Assembly: GCA_900543595.1 (NCBI GenBank)
Contig: UQRX01000003.1
Coordinates: forward strand, 7,178 to 71,177
Source: an uncultured Collinsella sp.
GTDB lineage: Bacteria; Actinomycetota; Coriobacteriia; Coriobacteriales; Coriobacteriaceae
DNA length: 64,000 nucleotides
Reading direction: 5' to 3'
Positions within the stretch are counted from its first letter, which is position 1. Each line of letters starts with the position of its first letter. A model generated the notes under the pieces. It was not told the DNA's origin. It saw only the letters and a program-made list of their open reading frames with translations, and did not search any database. Position numbers and translations under genes: made by a program. Below are positions 9,118-18,945 of this stretch, in pieces.

Positions 9118-9945
9118 CTATGCGCGGGCCAGTGACAACTCGATGGCCTGGGCCAGAAACGCCGTGGCTCCGGTGCCGCAGGGCTTGTCGTAGTAGTCAA
9201 CAAAGCGCTGGTCGGCAAGATAGCCGTGGGCGAGGCCCAGGTACGCTTCGTTCTGGGGTTCGCGTCCCCAGTTGAGACCAATCCAACGACGATGCATCGC
9301 GACAAGCTTGCGAGCCTCGCTTCCATCCGCATCGCCGTCGCCCATGGCAATCGAGAGTTGACCCAGAATAGCGCGTTCAAGTTCCTTCATGTCGTTCCAT
9401 GTCTGAGGATCCATGTCCAGTAACGTTTCGTTTGCTGCATCGATAGCCTCATCGCCATAGCGCGCCCGCGCCTCGGCACCGTAGCGCTCCTCGTTTTCCT
9501 GCACGGTGCGCCAGCGCTCCAGTTGCGGCAGGACGGCGCCCATGAGCGAGACGGCTTCGTCGAGCGACATGCCGGTGTTTTGCGCCAGCCGCGGGGCACA
9601 ATCTTCAATCATCGCCTCCATGGTGGTGTCGTAGGTGTACCTGCCGTGGTCGTAGCACCACTTGCAATAATGGTCGGTCGTGGCGCCCGTGGCGTCGGTG
9701 CCGCAGTCGTCGGGCGTGAGTATCATGCCGCAGCTCTGACAATAGTGCTCGGGCATTTCGAGCAGATGAGACAGGGGCTCGCCAGTCACGGCGGCGATGA
9801 GCTTCATCATGTCGATGCCAGGGGTGACTTCGCCGCGTTCCCAACGGCTGATGGCCTGGCGTGTGACGAAGAGCTTGGCGGCGAGCTGCTCTTGGGTAAG
9901 GTGATGGGCGCGACGGATGGCAATGAGCTTTTCTGCAAAGGCCAT
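9118..9945 (-). CDS. XRE-family HTH regulator fused to a Cys4 zinc ribbon and a TipAS-like C-terminal domain
   Basis: HTH LTQEQLAAKLFVTRQAISRWERGE. Zinc ribbon CQSCG...YCKWCYDHG. The C-terminal helical region (RYGDEAIDAANE...HRRWIGLNWG...YLADQRFVDYYD) resembles the TipAS antibiotic-recognition domain. Confidence 0.7.
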   Translation of the reverse strand: MAFAEKLIAIRRAHHLTQEQLAAKLFVTRQAISRWERGEVTPGIDMMKLIAAVTGEPLSHLLEMPEHYCQSCGMILTPDDCGTDATGATTDHYCKWCYDHGRYTYDTTMEAMIEDCAPRLAQNTGMSLDEAVSLMGAVLPQLERWRTVQENEERYGAEARARYGDEAIDAANETLLDMDPQTWNDMKELERAILGQLSIAMGDGDADGSEARKLVAMHRRWIGLNWGREPQNEAYLGLAHGYLADQRFVDYYDKPCGTGATAFLAQAIELSLARA

Positions 9946-10076
9946 AACGGCTCCTTTCTGCTGCTTGATGGCTTAAGCATACGCGGCGGCAGGCACCCTT
10001 CCAAGCAACCGCTGGTTGCACGACGGGGACCGCGGCGAAGAATTGCGCGCAACGCCCCACACCTTCATGCCGTACA

Positions 10077-10823
10077 ATGACCGGCATGGAACCTATCGCA
10101 CACATACATACCGACCTGCCGCAGAAGTTCGGCATTCCGCGCAACAGCTTTTTGGCGCCTCATCTGCAGGGACGCATCGTCTTTGAGCCGGAATTTGCCT
10201 CCAATGCAGCGGTTGAGGGCCTGGACTCCTTCTCTCACCTATGGCTGTTGTGGCGCTTCGAAAACGGAACGCCCGGCGGCACGGCAAACGACATAGCTGC
10301 CGATGCCAAGTCGCAGGACAGGTCTGGCGCCAACGTCAAGTGGTCGAAGACCGTGCGCCCGCCGCGTCTGGGCGGAGCCGAGCGCGTGGGTGTCTTTGCC
10401 ACGCGCAGTCCGTTTCGCCCTAATCCCATCGGGCTCACCTGCGTTAAGCTCGACCGCGTGGAGCTTACCGACGACGGCCCCATCATCCATGTGCTGGGGG
10501 CCGACCTGCGCGACGGCACGCCCATCTACGATATCAAGCCCTACATCCCGTTTGCCGACTGCCACCCGGATGCGACCGGCGGCTGGATTGAGGGTGCTCC
10601 GTGGCAAGAGCTCGATGTTGAGTTCCCGCAAGTGCTGCAGGATATGGTCCCGCCCGCAAAGCTCCCCGGTCTGGTCGAGGTTCTTCGCCAAGATCCGCGC
10701 CGCGCGGGCAGCAAACACGAGCCAAACCGCGTCTATCATCTGGCCTTCGCCGGGCTCGACATATCTTTTTCGGTCGATAAAACCCAGTTAACCGTAGTCG
10801 CCGTCAACGACGCGCGAGACTAA
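10077..10823 (+). CDS. trmO: tRNA (N6-threonylcarbamoyladenosine(37)-N6)-methyltransferase TrmO (TsaA/YaeB family)
   Basis: IPRNS, FSHLWLLWRF and ATRSPFRPNPIGLTCVKL motifs. An alternative ATG lies at 10086. Confidence 0.8.
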   Translation: MTGMEPIAHIHTDLPQKFGIPRNSFLAPHLQGRIVFEPEFASNAAVEGLDSFSHLWLLWRFENGTPGGTANDIAADAKSQDRSGANVKWSKTVRPPRLGGAERVGVFATRSPFRPNPIGLTCVKLDRVELTDDGPIIHVLGADLRDGTPIYDIKPYIPFADCHPDATGGWIEGAPWQELDVEFPQVLQDMVPPAKLPGLVEVLRQDPRRAGSKHEPNRVYHLAFAGLDISFSVDKTQLTVVAVNDARD

Positions 10824-10935
10824 CCAGCCATTCGTCCGCACCCGTCAAATTAAGCGCCAAACCCCATGCCAAAATCGCCTACGCTGGTGGACAATAACGC
10901 CTATCGAATCATTCCACTCTGCACGGGAGTCCAGC

Positions 10936-12150
10936 ATGAAATACGACTTCACTTCAATCATCGACCGCCACGGCATGGACTCCATCGCCGTTGACTCTTG
11001 GGGCGAGATCCCCGGTATGGCTCCGAACGCACCAGACGAGGGCTTCGACCGCATTCCCATGTGGGTGGCCGACATGAATTTTGCTACGGTGCCCACGGTT
11101 CAGGAGTACATCATCAAGCGCGCTCCGCACCCCATGTTTGGCTACTTCAATCCGCGTCCCGAGTACTTTGACCGCATCATCGAATGGCAGAGCCGTCGCA
11201 ACGGCGTTGAGGGCTTGGCGCCGGAGCATATCGGCTACGAAAACGGCGTGCTGGGCGGTGTCGTGTCGACGCTGCGCGCGTATGTCCAGCCAGGCGATGC
11301 GGTGCTGGTCCACAGCCCTACCTACATCGGCTTTACCAAGTCCATCGAGGCCGCGGGCTATCGCATTGTCCACAGCCCGCTTAAGCTCGACGACCAGGGC
11401 GTGTGGCGTATGGACTTTGAGGACATGGAGCGCAAGCTCGCCCAAAACCACATCCATGCCGCGGTGTTCTGCTCGCCGCACAATCCCTGCGGCCGCGTAT
11501 GGGAGCGCGACGAGATCGAACGTGCCATGGACATCTATCGCCAGCACGATTGCGTGGTGATATCGGACGAGATTTGGTCCGATATCATCCTGCCGGGTCA
11601 CAAGCATATCCCGACGCAGTCGGTGAGCGAGGATGCCCGCATACGCACGGTTGCCCTCTACGCGCCTAGCAAGACGTTTAACCTGGCGGGTCTGGTCGGC
11701 AGCTACCACATTATCTACAACGAGACGCTGCGCGACCGCGTGTGCGCCGTGTCCAACAAGACCCACTACAACGAGATGAATGTCCTCTCCATGCATGCGC
11801 TTATCGGTGCCTATCAGCCGCAAGGCTACGAGTGGGTTGATGAGCTCAACCAGGTGCTTGCCGGCAATATCGAGTACTTCTGCGATTACGTGGACGAGCA
11901 TTTTGAGGGCGTGAGCTATTCGCGTCCGCAGGGCACCTACATGGTGTTTCTGGACTTCACCGAGTGGTGCCGCGAGCATGGCCGCGATATTCAGTGGTTA
12001 CTCGACGAGGGGGCGCGCGTGGGCGTGGGGTATCAGGACGGCCGCCCGTTCCACGGACCCTGCCACATTCGCGTGAATCTGGCGCTGCCGCTTTCGCGCG
12101 TAAGGGAGGCGTGCGACCGCCTAGACCGCTACGTTTTTAATGCACGGTAA
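10936..12150 (+). CDS. MalY/PatB-family PLP-dependent C-S lyase (class I/II aminotransferase fold)
   Basis: 404 aa with the PLP-lysine motif YAPSKTFNLAG and the CSPHNPCGRVW motif. Confidence 0.8.
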   Translation: MKYDFTSIIDRHGMDSIAVDSWGEIPGMAPNAPDEGFDRIPMWVADMNFATVPTVQEYIIKRAPHPMFGYFNPRPEYFDRIIEWQSRRNGVEGLAPEHIGYENGVLGGVVSTLRAYVQPGDAVLVHSPTYIGFTKSIEAAGYRIVHSPLKLDDQGVWRMDFEDMERKLAQNHIHAAVFCSPHNPCGRVWERDEIERAMDIYRQHDCVVISDEIWSDIILPGHKHIPTQSVSEDARIRTVALYAPSKTFNLAGLVGSYHIIYNETLRDRVCAVSNKTHYNEMNVLSMHALIGAYQPQGYEWVDELNQVLAGNIEYFCDYVDEHFEGVSYSRPQGTYMVFLDFTEWCREHGRDIQWLLDEGARVGVGYQDGRPFHGPCHIRVNLALPLSRVREACDRLDRYVFNAR

Positions 12151-12160
12151 GTGTGCGCTG

Positions 12161-12202
12161 CATGCGGGGCCTTCTGCCAAGTCGGCTAGAAGGCCCCGCA
12201 TG
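12161..12202 (+). terminator. 15-bp stem hairpin after the C-S lyase gene
   Basis: catgcggggccttct ... agaaggccccgcatg, 11 nt after the stop. No clear U-tract. Confidence 0.5.
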
Positions 12203-12294
12203 GTAAAACGTCTGTAACCATTGGGCGCTCGAGTGGTTTCATTTGCTATTATTTTTTAGCATTTCAGTCTGTGAATAGGATCTTCTGGAGCTCG

Positions 12295-13164
12295 ATGAAA
12301 AGACCCCGTCGCTCAGTTGTCATATCGTTGTTTGTTGCGCTTGCAGTAGCGTGTGCCTTTGTCGTAGCGATAGCCGGCTGCTCCGAGTCGAATAGCAGGG
12401 CCTCGACGTTTGCATTAGAAGAACTGGACGCCTCGCAAGTCAAGGACGACGACCTTAAGACGCTCAACGTCGGCAGCGACCTCTATCCACCGTTTGTGTA
12501 TACCGACGAGTACGGCGATATTGTTGGCCTGGATGTCGAGATATTAACCGAGGCTTTGGCCCGCATTGGTTACAAGCCAAAATACCAGCTGATCGATTGG
12601 GAAAAGAAGAAAGAGCTGCTGGCGAGCGGCGAACTCGATTGTGTCATGGGCAGCTTTAGCATGACGGGTCGCGAAAACGAGTATCGTTGGGCCGGTCCGT
12701 ACCTTGCGAGCCGCCAGGTGGTCGCGGTCGATCCCGAGAGCGATATCTATACGCTTGCCGATCTTGAGGATAAGATCGTGGCGGTTCAGTCCACCACCAA
12801 GCCTGAGGGCATTTTGCTCAATCGCACAAATGAAAACGTTCCGCAGATCAAGGAGCTCTACTGCTTTTCGGACCGTTCATGCCTGAACCCGGCGCTCGTC
12901 GAGGGCCTGGTCGACGCCATCGCCGCGCATGAGTCCTTGCTGCTCACCTACGAAAAAGACTATGGCGTAACGTATCGCATTTTGGATGAGCCGCTGCTAG
13001 AGGTTGGTTTGGGCACCGCTTTCGATATCAACGATACGCGCGGCATCGACGTCAAGCTCACTCATGCCTACCAAGAAATGCTTGCCGATGGCACCATGGA
13101 ACGCCTGGTGTCAAAGTACTTTGATGACCCTTCACCATTTTTGAATGTGGAGGGCCTGTCATGA
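12295..13164 (+). CDS. family-3 solute-binding lipoprotein (amino-acid ABC-type SBP fold)
   Basis: Signal peptide and lipobox MKRPRRSVVISLFVALAVACAFVVAIAGC, then an SBP_bac_3-like core (LNVGSDLYPPFVYTDEYGDIVGLDVE). It overlaps the next gene by ATGA. Confidence 0.75.
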   Translation: MKRPRRSVVISLFVALAVACAFVVAIAGCSESNSRASTFALEELDASQVKDDDLKTLNVGSDLYPPFVYTDEYGDIVGLDVEILTEALARIGYKPKYQLIDWEKKKELLASGELDCVMGSFSMTGRENEYRWAGPYLASRQVVAVDPESDIYTLADLEDKIVAVQSTTKPEGILLNRTNENVPQIKELYCFSDRSCLNPALVEGLVDAIAAHESLLLTYEKDYGVTYRILDEPLLEVGLGTAFDINDTRGIDVKLTHAYQEMLADGTMERLVSKYFDDPSPFLNVEGLS

Positions 13165-15353
13165 TCGATGCGCCCGACCACGCCGCTCAGGAGCGGGACA
13201 ATCGTTCGGCAGGGGCATGGCTCCTTGTCGCTCTGCTGGGGATAGCGCTCTCGGTTGCTGCCGGCATGATGAGCTACGGTTACATGACGGCCCAAGCCGA
13301 GCAGCGCTTTGCCGACGTTGTCGATTACGTGGCGACGCAGAGCCTTTCCTACGATGCATTCAACAGCGCCTATACGACCAAAAACCTGATTCGCGTTATG
13401 GAGATCGCCGGAGAGGCCGCCCGCGATATGGAGCGCGACGGTTCGGTGGATAGCGCCATGCTGGAGCAATATGCCGACCAGTTCAACGTGAGCGCGCTGA
13501 TCGTGACGGACGCATCGGGCAATTTGGTGTCCGAGTCCTCGACGGGCGATGTGGGCTACGAGTCGCTCGCTACGTATCTCAAAGAATCACCCGTGCTGGA
13601 GGTGGCAACTCATCCGCTTAAGTCTTATACCGCCCGCATCACGCTTGCGGATGATTCGGTCGCAGACATTGGCTGCGTGACTCGGCGGGATGGCGAGGGC
13701 ATCGTTATCGCGGTAAGGCATCAGAGCGCGAAGGCGGTTGCAAGTAATACACTCAAACTGCAGAGCTTGCTTGATGGCTATGAAACCATCGATAGCGGCA
13801 ATATCGTGATCGAAAGCGACGGCAAGGTCGTTGCGACCAATGCCGTTGAACCCACCGTATTGGGCGTATTCAATCTGCCTGCGACGGACGTCTTCATTGT
13901 CGACGGTATCAAGGATCGATGCCTGGCTGGTAAGGTCAAATTGATTAACGCCGACGGCGAGTGGTATTTGGGTACATTTGGAAAAGCGCACAAATTCTAT
14001 GTGTACACCTATGCCTCGGCGCAGCGCTTCTTTGAGGTTGTCGCGGCTGTTGCTGCCGGCGTGCTGGCGCTCTACAGCGGTGTTATAGCCGTTGTTGTGA
14101 CGGTGCGTCGCCGCGCTGATCGCCGACGTTTGACGGACTTGCTGCAGCAGGAGCGCGACTATGGCGACAAGCTGGCAAAGGCGGCGCGTGAGGCCTCGTC
14201 TGCCAACTCGGCAAAGACGGAGTTTCTGCGTCGCATGAGCCACGATCTGCGCACGCCCATCAACGGCATTCGCGGCATGGTCGAGGTCGGCGATGCCAAT
14301 GCGGACGATTTGCAAAAGCAGACCGAGTGCCGCTCAAAGATCTGGACGGCGTCGGGGCTGCTGCTCGACCTTGCCAACGAGGCACTCGATATGAGTCGCC
14401 TGGAGAGCGGCCAGGTCGACCTGAACCTCGTACCCACAAATTTGGTGGCACTCAACTGTGAAGTGCGCGATATTCTGGAGCGCCAGGCCGAGGAGCGTTT
14501 GGTGACAATTATCTGCGACCAGCAGACGCTTGATCATCCCTATGCACGGGTGAGCGTGACGCACCTCAAGCGCTTGTTGCTCAATATTGCCGGCAATGCC
14601 GTCAAGTACAACCGCCAGGGCGGCTATGTTCGCCTGGTGTGCCGCGAGGTGGAGCCAGCGGATGGCGTTCCCGTCTATGAATACACGATCGCCGACAACG
14701 GTATTGGCATGAGCGAGGAGTTCCAGCAGCACCTCTACGAGCCGTTTTGCCGCGAGGAGCAACAGGTGGAAGGCGCCTCATCGGGAACTGGCCTGGGCGC
14801 GCCTATCGCAAAACAGTTGGTCGAGCTTATGGGCGGAACCATGAGCTTTACGAGCGTCTTGGGACAGGGGACGACGTTTACCATCCGCCTGCCGTTCGAG
14901 AAATGCAAGCGCTCCGAGATTCCTCAGGCAGTTCGCGCGGATGCGGGCGATGGCGATGCGCTCCAGGGCTTGCGCGTTTTGCTCGTAGAGGATAACGATC
15001 TGAATGCTGAGATCGCGCAGTTTACGCTCAGCCGTGCCGGTGCCGTCGTGACGCATGCTAAGGATGGCGAGTCTGCCGTTGAGGCGTTTGCCGCGAGCGC
15101 ACCGCACGAGTACGACGTGGTGTTGATGGACATCATGATGCCTGGCATCGATGGCCTTGAGGCCACGCGTCAGATTCGAGCGCTCGATCGCGAGGACGCC
15201 GCGACCACGCCGGTTATCGCCGTGAGTGCCAACGCCTTTGCCGACGACCGCAGGCTTTCGCGCGAGGCGGGCATGAACGCGCACCTGAGTAAGCCTGTGA
15301 GCTCGCAAGAGCTCGTCGAGGCGCTTGCACACATAGCCGCCGACGCTTCATAA
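13161..15353 (+). CDS. hybrid sensor histidine kinase / response regulator
   Basis: Two TM segments flank a sensor domain of about 270 aa. H-box FLRRMSHDLRTPINGI, HATPase N/G boxes (NAVKYN, DNGIGM, GTGLG), and a C-terminal REC domain (LLVEDNDLN...VLMDIMMPGIDG...KP). Confidence 0.85.
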   Translation: MIDAPDHAAQERDNRSAGAWLLVALLGIALSVAAGMMSYGYMTAQAEQRFADVVDYVATQSLSYDAFNSAYTTKNLIRVMEIAGEAARDMERDGSVDSAMLEQYADQFNVSALIVTDASGNLVSESSTGDVGYESLATYLKESPVLEVATHPLKSYTARITLADDSVADIGCVTRRDGEGIVIAVRHQSAKAVASNTLKLQSLLDGYETIDSGNIVIESDGKVVATNAVEPTVLGVFNLPATDVFIVDGIKDRCLAGKVKLINADGEWYLGTFGKAHKFYVYTYASAQRFFEVVAAVAAGVLALYSGVIAVVVTVRRRADRRRLTDLLQQERDYGDKLAKAAREASSANSAKTEFLRRMSHDLRTPINGIRGMVEVGDANADDLQKQTECRSKIWTASGLLLDLANEALDMSRLESGQVDLNLVPTNLVALNCEVRDILERQAEERLVTIICDQQTLDHPYARVSVTHLKRLLLNIAGNAVKYNRQGGYVRLVCREVEPADGVPVYEYTIADNGIGMSEEFQQHLYEPFCREEQQVEGASSGTGLGAPIAKQLVELMGGTMSFTSVLGQGTTFTIRLPFEKCKRSEIPQAVRADAGDGDALQGLRVLLVEDNDLNAEIAQFTLSRAGAVVTHAKDGESAVEAFAASAPHEYDVVLMDIMMPGIDGLEATRQIRALDREDAATTPVIAVSANAFADDRRLSREAGMNAHLSKPVSSQELVEALAHIAADAS

Positions 15354-15355
15354 GC

Positions 15356-15395
15356 ATATGGCCCGGTTCCAAGGTGGGTTGGAGCCGGGCCATAT
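15356..15395. terminator. bidirectional hairpin between convergent genes
   Basis: atatggcccggttcc / ggagccgggccatat (15 bp, 1 mismatch), followed by tgctatttgtg. Confidence 0.55.
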
Positions 15396-15423
15396 TGCTA
15401 TTTGTGACGTCTGCTCTTGAGGC

Positions 15424-15903
15424 TTACTTTTCCTGAATCTGCTTACCGCAGAGATGCTCAATCGTAATCTCGTAAAGCTGGACGCCCTTAATGTCCTTGG
15501 CGATTTCCTCTTCGACTTCCTCGGCGGAAGGGTAGTACTTAAGCGCGAGCTGGCGGACTTTGTCCTCGATAAACGCGGGGGTGTCATTTGCCAGGCGACA
15601 ACGGCCAAAGACCACGGTACTCATAACGTAGGGAGCCCAGTCGCCGTCCCGGTACCACTCGTTGCCGTAAACGGTAAAGCAGACCTTGTCATCGCGTTTG
15701 AGTGCGTCGACCTTGTGGCCAGCCTTGGCGCCATGGAAATAAATCTTGTCGCGCTCGGCGTCAAAGAAGTAGTTGACGGGAATGGCGTACGGGTAGCCAT
15801 CGTCGCCGTTGACGGCAAAGACGCCGCGCTTGCAGGTGGCGAGCAGTTCGCGCGCTTCCTCGCCGGTGATGGCGCGTTTCTTTCGACGTAAGGGCCTAAA
15901 CAT
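15424..15903 (-). CDS. pyridoxamine 5'-phosphate oxidase family protein (NimA-like flavin-binding split barrel)
   Basis: 159 aa. MFRPLRRKKRAITGEEARELL...GVFAVNGDDGYPYAIPVNYFF is typical of the Pyridox_ox_2 / nitroimidazole-reductase-like family. Confidence 0.75.
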   Translation of the reverse strand: MFRPLRRKKRAITGEEARELLATCKRGVFAVNGDDGYPYAIPVNYFFDAERDKIYFHGAKAGHKVDALKRDDKVCFTVYGNEWYRDGDWAPYVMSTVVFGRCRLANDTPAFIEDKVRQLALKYYPSAEEVEEEIAKDIKGVQLYEITIEHLCGKQIQEK

Positions 15904-15943
15904 CGTTGGCTTCCTTTCTGGTCGTGCGTGGTTGCTGCAAAAA

Positions 15944-18754
15944 CTATAGCGAAACGGATCCGTTTTTCTTGATGCGGGCGAGTATGTTTTTGAGCTTGTT
16001 AAAGTCGAGTGGTTTGGACAGATGGGCGTTCATGCCGGCATCGTGTGCCGCCTTGGCGTCCTCGGCAAAGGCATTGGCGGTGAGCGCGATGATGGGGATA
16101 TCGGCTGCATCGACCTTCTCGCTCAGACGAATCGTGCGGGTTGCCTCATAGCCGTCCATGCCCGGCATCATAATGTCCATCAGGATCGCATCGAAGCTGC
16201 CGGCGGGATGCGACAGGTACAGATCGACGACCTCGTTGCCGTTGGCGGCGCGGGTGACCACGACGCCCTCGGATTCTAGCAGCGTCTGGGCAATCTCGGC
16301 ATTCAATTCGTTGTCTTCGGCGAGCAGCACGTTCATGTCGGCGAGCGAGCAGTCGGGCGCACTCTCAACCGTATTCGCCCGCGCCTGGGGATTCTCGTCG
16401 ATATCGAGCGGAATCTCCACGTAGAACGAGGTGCCCACATGGAGCTCACTGGTGACTTCGATGGTGCCGCCCATCAGTTCAATAAGCGACTTGACGATTG
16501 GCATGCCCATGCCGGTTCCTTGGAACTTGCTGCGCGCATCGTCACCTTCTTGGGCAAACGGCTCATAGATATGCTTTAAAAACTTGGGAGTCATGCCAAT
16601 GCCGGTATCCGAAACGCTAAAGCAAAAGAGCGCGCGCCTGTTATCGAGTGGCTTGGTCTTTGAACTAAAGGTGACGGAGCCGCCGTGCTTGTTGTACTTA
16701 ATGCTGTTGTCTAACAGGTTGATCATGATCTGTCGGATATGGGTGGGACTGCCGATCATGTATGGCCCCGTGGCGTACGGCAGACTATTGTCCTGCATGG
16801 TGATGCCGTTACTGGTCGCGCGGAGCTTGCACAGAACCAGCGTATTGTCACAGAGCTCTTTGAGGTTAAAAGGCGCATGCTCCAGTGTTAGCTTGCGGTC
16901 TTCGATTTTGCCCATCTCGAGGATGTCGTTGATCAGCGAGAGCAGGTGATTGGCGGCAACGCGCGCCTTGGCACGGCTCTCGCGGGCGACCTTGATATCG
17001 CCTTCCTTCAATTCCTCGATCTCGATAAGGCCCAGGATGCCGTTGAGCGGCGTACGGATGTCGTGGCTCATGCGCGTGAGGAATGCCGTCTTAGCGGCGT
17101 TGGCAGCGTCGGCTTTTTTGCGCTCGGTTCGAGCGCGCACGAGCGCCCAGATGAGCAGCACGATGCCGACCGACAACATACCGATGAGGGTAGCGGCAAT
17201 GGCGGTGCGGTTGCGAAAAAGGAATTGAAGCGTGTCTGATTCCTGGGTCGTGTACGACGTGGAGGAGTAATTGCTTGCGGAGAGCGATTCTCCGGCATTG
17301 ATGATGCCCTTGTTGATGATTCCCAGCAGCTCGGGCTTTCCGCGCGAAATCCAGCACGAGAGCTCGCAGGTGTCAGGGAGCTCGACCGTCTCGTAGTCCT
17401 TGAGATCATGACGGTCGCCGATAGTTTTTACACGTGAACTGGGAGCGAGGATGCAGCGCGCCGTTCCCTTCCTGAGAGCGTCGAACACTTCATTGTCGGA
17501 TTGGTATTCGGTCACGGTCGCTGTTGGGAACAGATTTTCAAGTGCATTTTTGTTGACAAATGATGATTTGGTACAGGCGATGTTCTGAAGGTCTTTGTTC
17601 AGGTCGCTGCCGGTGTGGATGGCGGTGAGGGATATGGTCCCCAACGATACCGACTGCGCAACGCCTGTTTGCTCGGCAAACCAGTAATCTCGGTATACCG
17701 GCAGCGCAACGTCTATGCTTCCCTTTGACAGGGCCTTTGACATCATCTTATAGCTATCAAAGGGGACGGTTTTGACCGTAATGCCAAATTTATCGTGCAG
17801 CGTCGTCGCAAGCGATGCGAGCGAGCCTTCCATTTTGCCGTCTTCGTCTTCGTTGCAGTAGGGGAGTTTGCCCGTAATGTAGCCGAGCGTGATGGTGTTG
17901 TCATTTGCTTTGAGCCAGGAACGTTCGGGGCCGTTGAGCGATGATGAACCGCTGTTTTGGGCCGAGTAGGTAGATTTGACTTCGTCGATATAGCGTGGGT
18001 TGACGCGGGCGATTGCCGACATGGCGGCATTGATGTCGTCCATCAGGTCGGAGCGGCTTTTGGGGACGGCAAAAAAGTAGTCGCTCGAACCAATGTAGAA
18101 CATGGGGGAGGCGCTGGGCGACGAGGTCGTGTCGTTCATGATGATGGCATCGACCTCGTTGTTTGCGAGCGCGTCAAAGAGGGCACCGCCAGTGTCGATT
18201 TCTTTATAGGTGCAGGTAATGCCTTCGTTGGCGAGCCACTGCTGGCCAACGAAGGTTTGCATAACGCCGGGGTTGCAGCCGATGGTAAGGCCTTGGAGCG
18301 CTCGGGGGTCGCCCTTGGCCAGATCGTCGCGATCGGGCTTGGCGTAGATGAAGTAGCGCTCGGTGCCCTCGGGGTTCGAGGAAAAGAGCAGCTTTTGGGC
18401 GCGTTCCTCGGAGTAGGAGATGTTGGGCATGAGGTCGATCTCGCCCGCCTCGAGCATGTCCATAAGCTCGGTGAAGGTGCCGGAGACGTATTCGTACCGC
18501 CAGCCGGGCGTGTAGTACGACAGAGTCTGGAGGTACTCGTAACCCCATCCCGAGAGACGCTCGCCGGGGGTGCCGTCCTGGAAGCCCTCGTTGTTGACGA
18601 GCCAGCCGACGCGGACCGTTTTGGCCTGCTGATCGGAGTCGGCGGCAAAGACAGGGGCGGGCGCGACGGCGCTCAGTACGGCGAGCGCGGTAAGCGCGGC
18701 GGCCAGGGTGCGAAATATAACTGAACGAAGGACAGTGGCAGCTCTCACATGCAA
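15944..18754 (-). CDS. hybrid sensor histidine kinase with two fused extracytoplasmic family-3 solute-binding domains and a C-terminal receiver
   Basis: Signal peptide, two SBP_bac_3-like repeats (VRVGWLVNNEGFQDG...; ITLGYITGKLPYCNEDEDG...), TM, H-box FLTRMSHDIRTPLNGI, HATPase, and REC (VLLAEDNELN...ILMDIMMPGMDG...KP). Confidence 0.85.
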   Translation of the reverse strand: MHVRAATVLRSVIFRTLAAALTALAVLSAVAPAPVFAADSDQQAKTVRVGWLVNNEGFQDGTPGERLSGWGYEYLQTLSYYTPGWRYEYVSGTFTELMDMLEAGEIDLMPNISYSEERAQKLLFSSNPEGTERYFIYAKPDRDDLAKGDPRALQGLTIGCNPGVMQTFVGQQWLANEGITCTYKEIDTGGALFDALANNEVDAIIMNDTTSSPSASPMFYIGSSDYFFAVPKSRSDLMDDINAAMSAIARVNPRYIDEVKSTYSAQNSGSSSLNGPERSWLKANDNTITLGYITGKLPYCNEDEDGKMEGSLASLATTLHDKFGITVKTVPFDSYKMMSKALSKGSIDVALPVYRDYWFAEQTGVAQSVSLGTISLTAIHTGSDLNKDLQNIACTKSSFVNKNALENLFPTATVTEYQSDNEVFDALRKGTARCILAPSSRVKTIGDRHDLKDYETVELPDTCELSCWISRGKPELLGIINKGIINAGESLSASNYSSTSYTTQESDTLQFLFRNRTAIAATLIGMLSVGIVLLIWALVRARTERKKADAANAAKTAFLTRMSHDIRTPLNGILGLIEIEELKEGDIKVARESRAKARVAANHLLSLINDILEMGKIEDRKLTLEHAPFNLKELCDNTLVLCKLRATSNGITMQDNSLPYATGPYMIGSPTHIRQIMINLLDNSIKYNKHGGSVTFSSKTKPLDNRRALFCFSVSDTGIGMTPKFLKHIYEPFAQEGDDARSKFQGTGMGMPIVKSLIELMGGTIEVTSELHVGTSFYVEIPLDIDENPQARANTVESAPDCSLADMNVLLAEDNELNAEIAQTLLESEGVVVTRAANGNEVVDLYLSHPAGSFDAILMDIMMPGMDGYEATRTIRLSEKVDAADIPIIALTANAFAEDAKAAHDAGMNAHLSKPLDFNKLKNILARIKKNGSVSL

Positions 18755-18845
18755 TCCTAACGAATCGAGACATTACCGCATAAGGATACCAGCTCAGCCT
18801 GCCCAGCCGGCAGCGGCACCGCTAAACGGTTCCGCCCGGCAGTTG

Positions 18846-18885
18846 GGGACAGTCCCTTTCTGCCGGCACAAAAGGAACGTCCCTA
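18846..18885. repeat. inverted pair of the GGGAC(A)GTxCCTTT core around TGCCGGCA
   Basis: ggggacagtccctttc tgccggca caaaaggaacgtccc, in the divergent region between the kinase and the K+ channel gene. Confidence 0.6.
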
Positions 18886-18945
18886 ACTGACGGTTGTGGG
18901 ACAATACCGAGCGAACGTGATTGGTTGTCCGTGGAAAGGGTCGCG

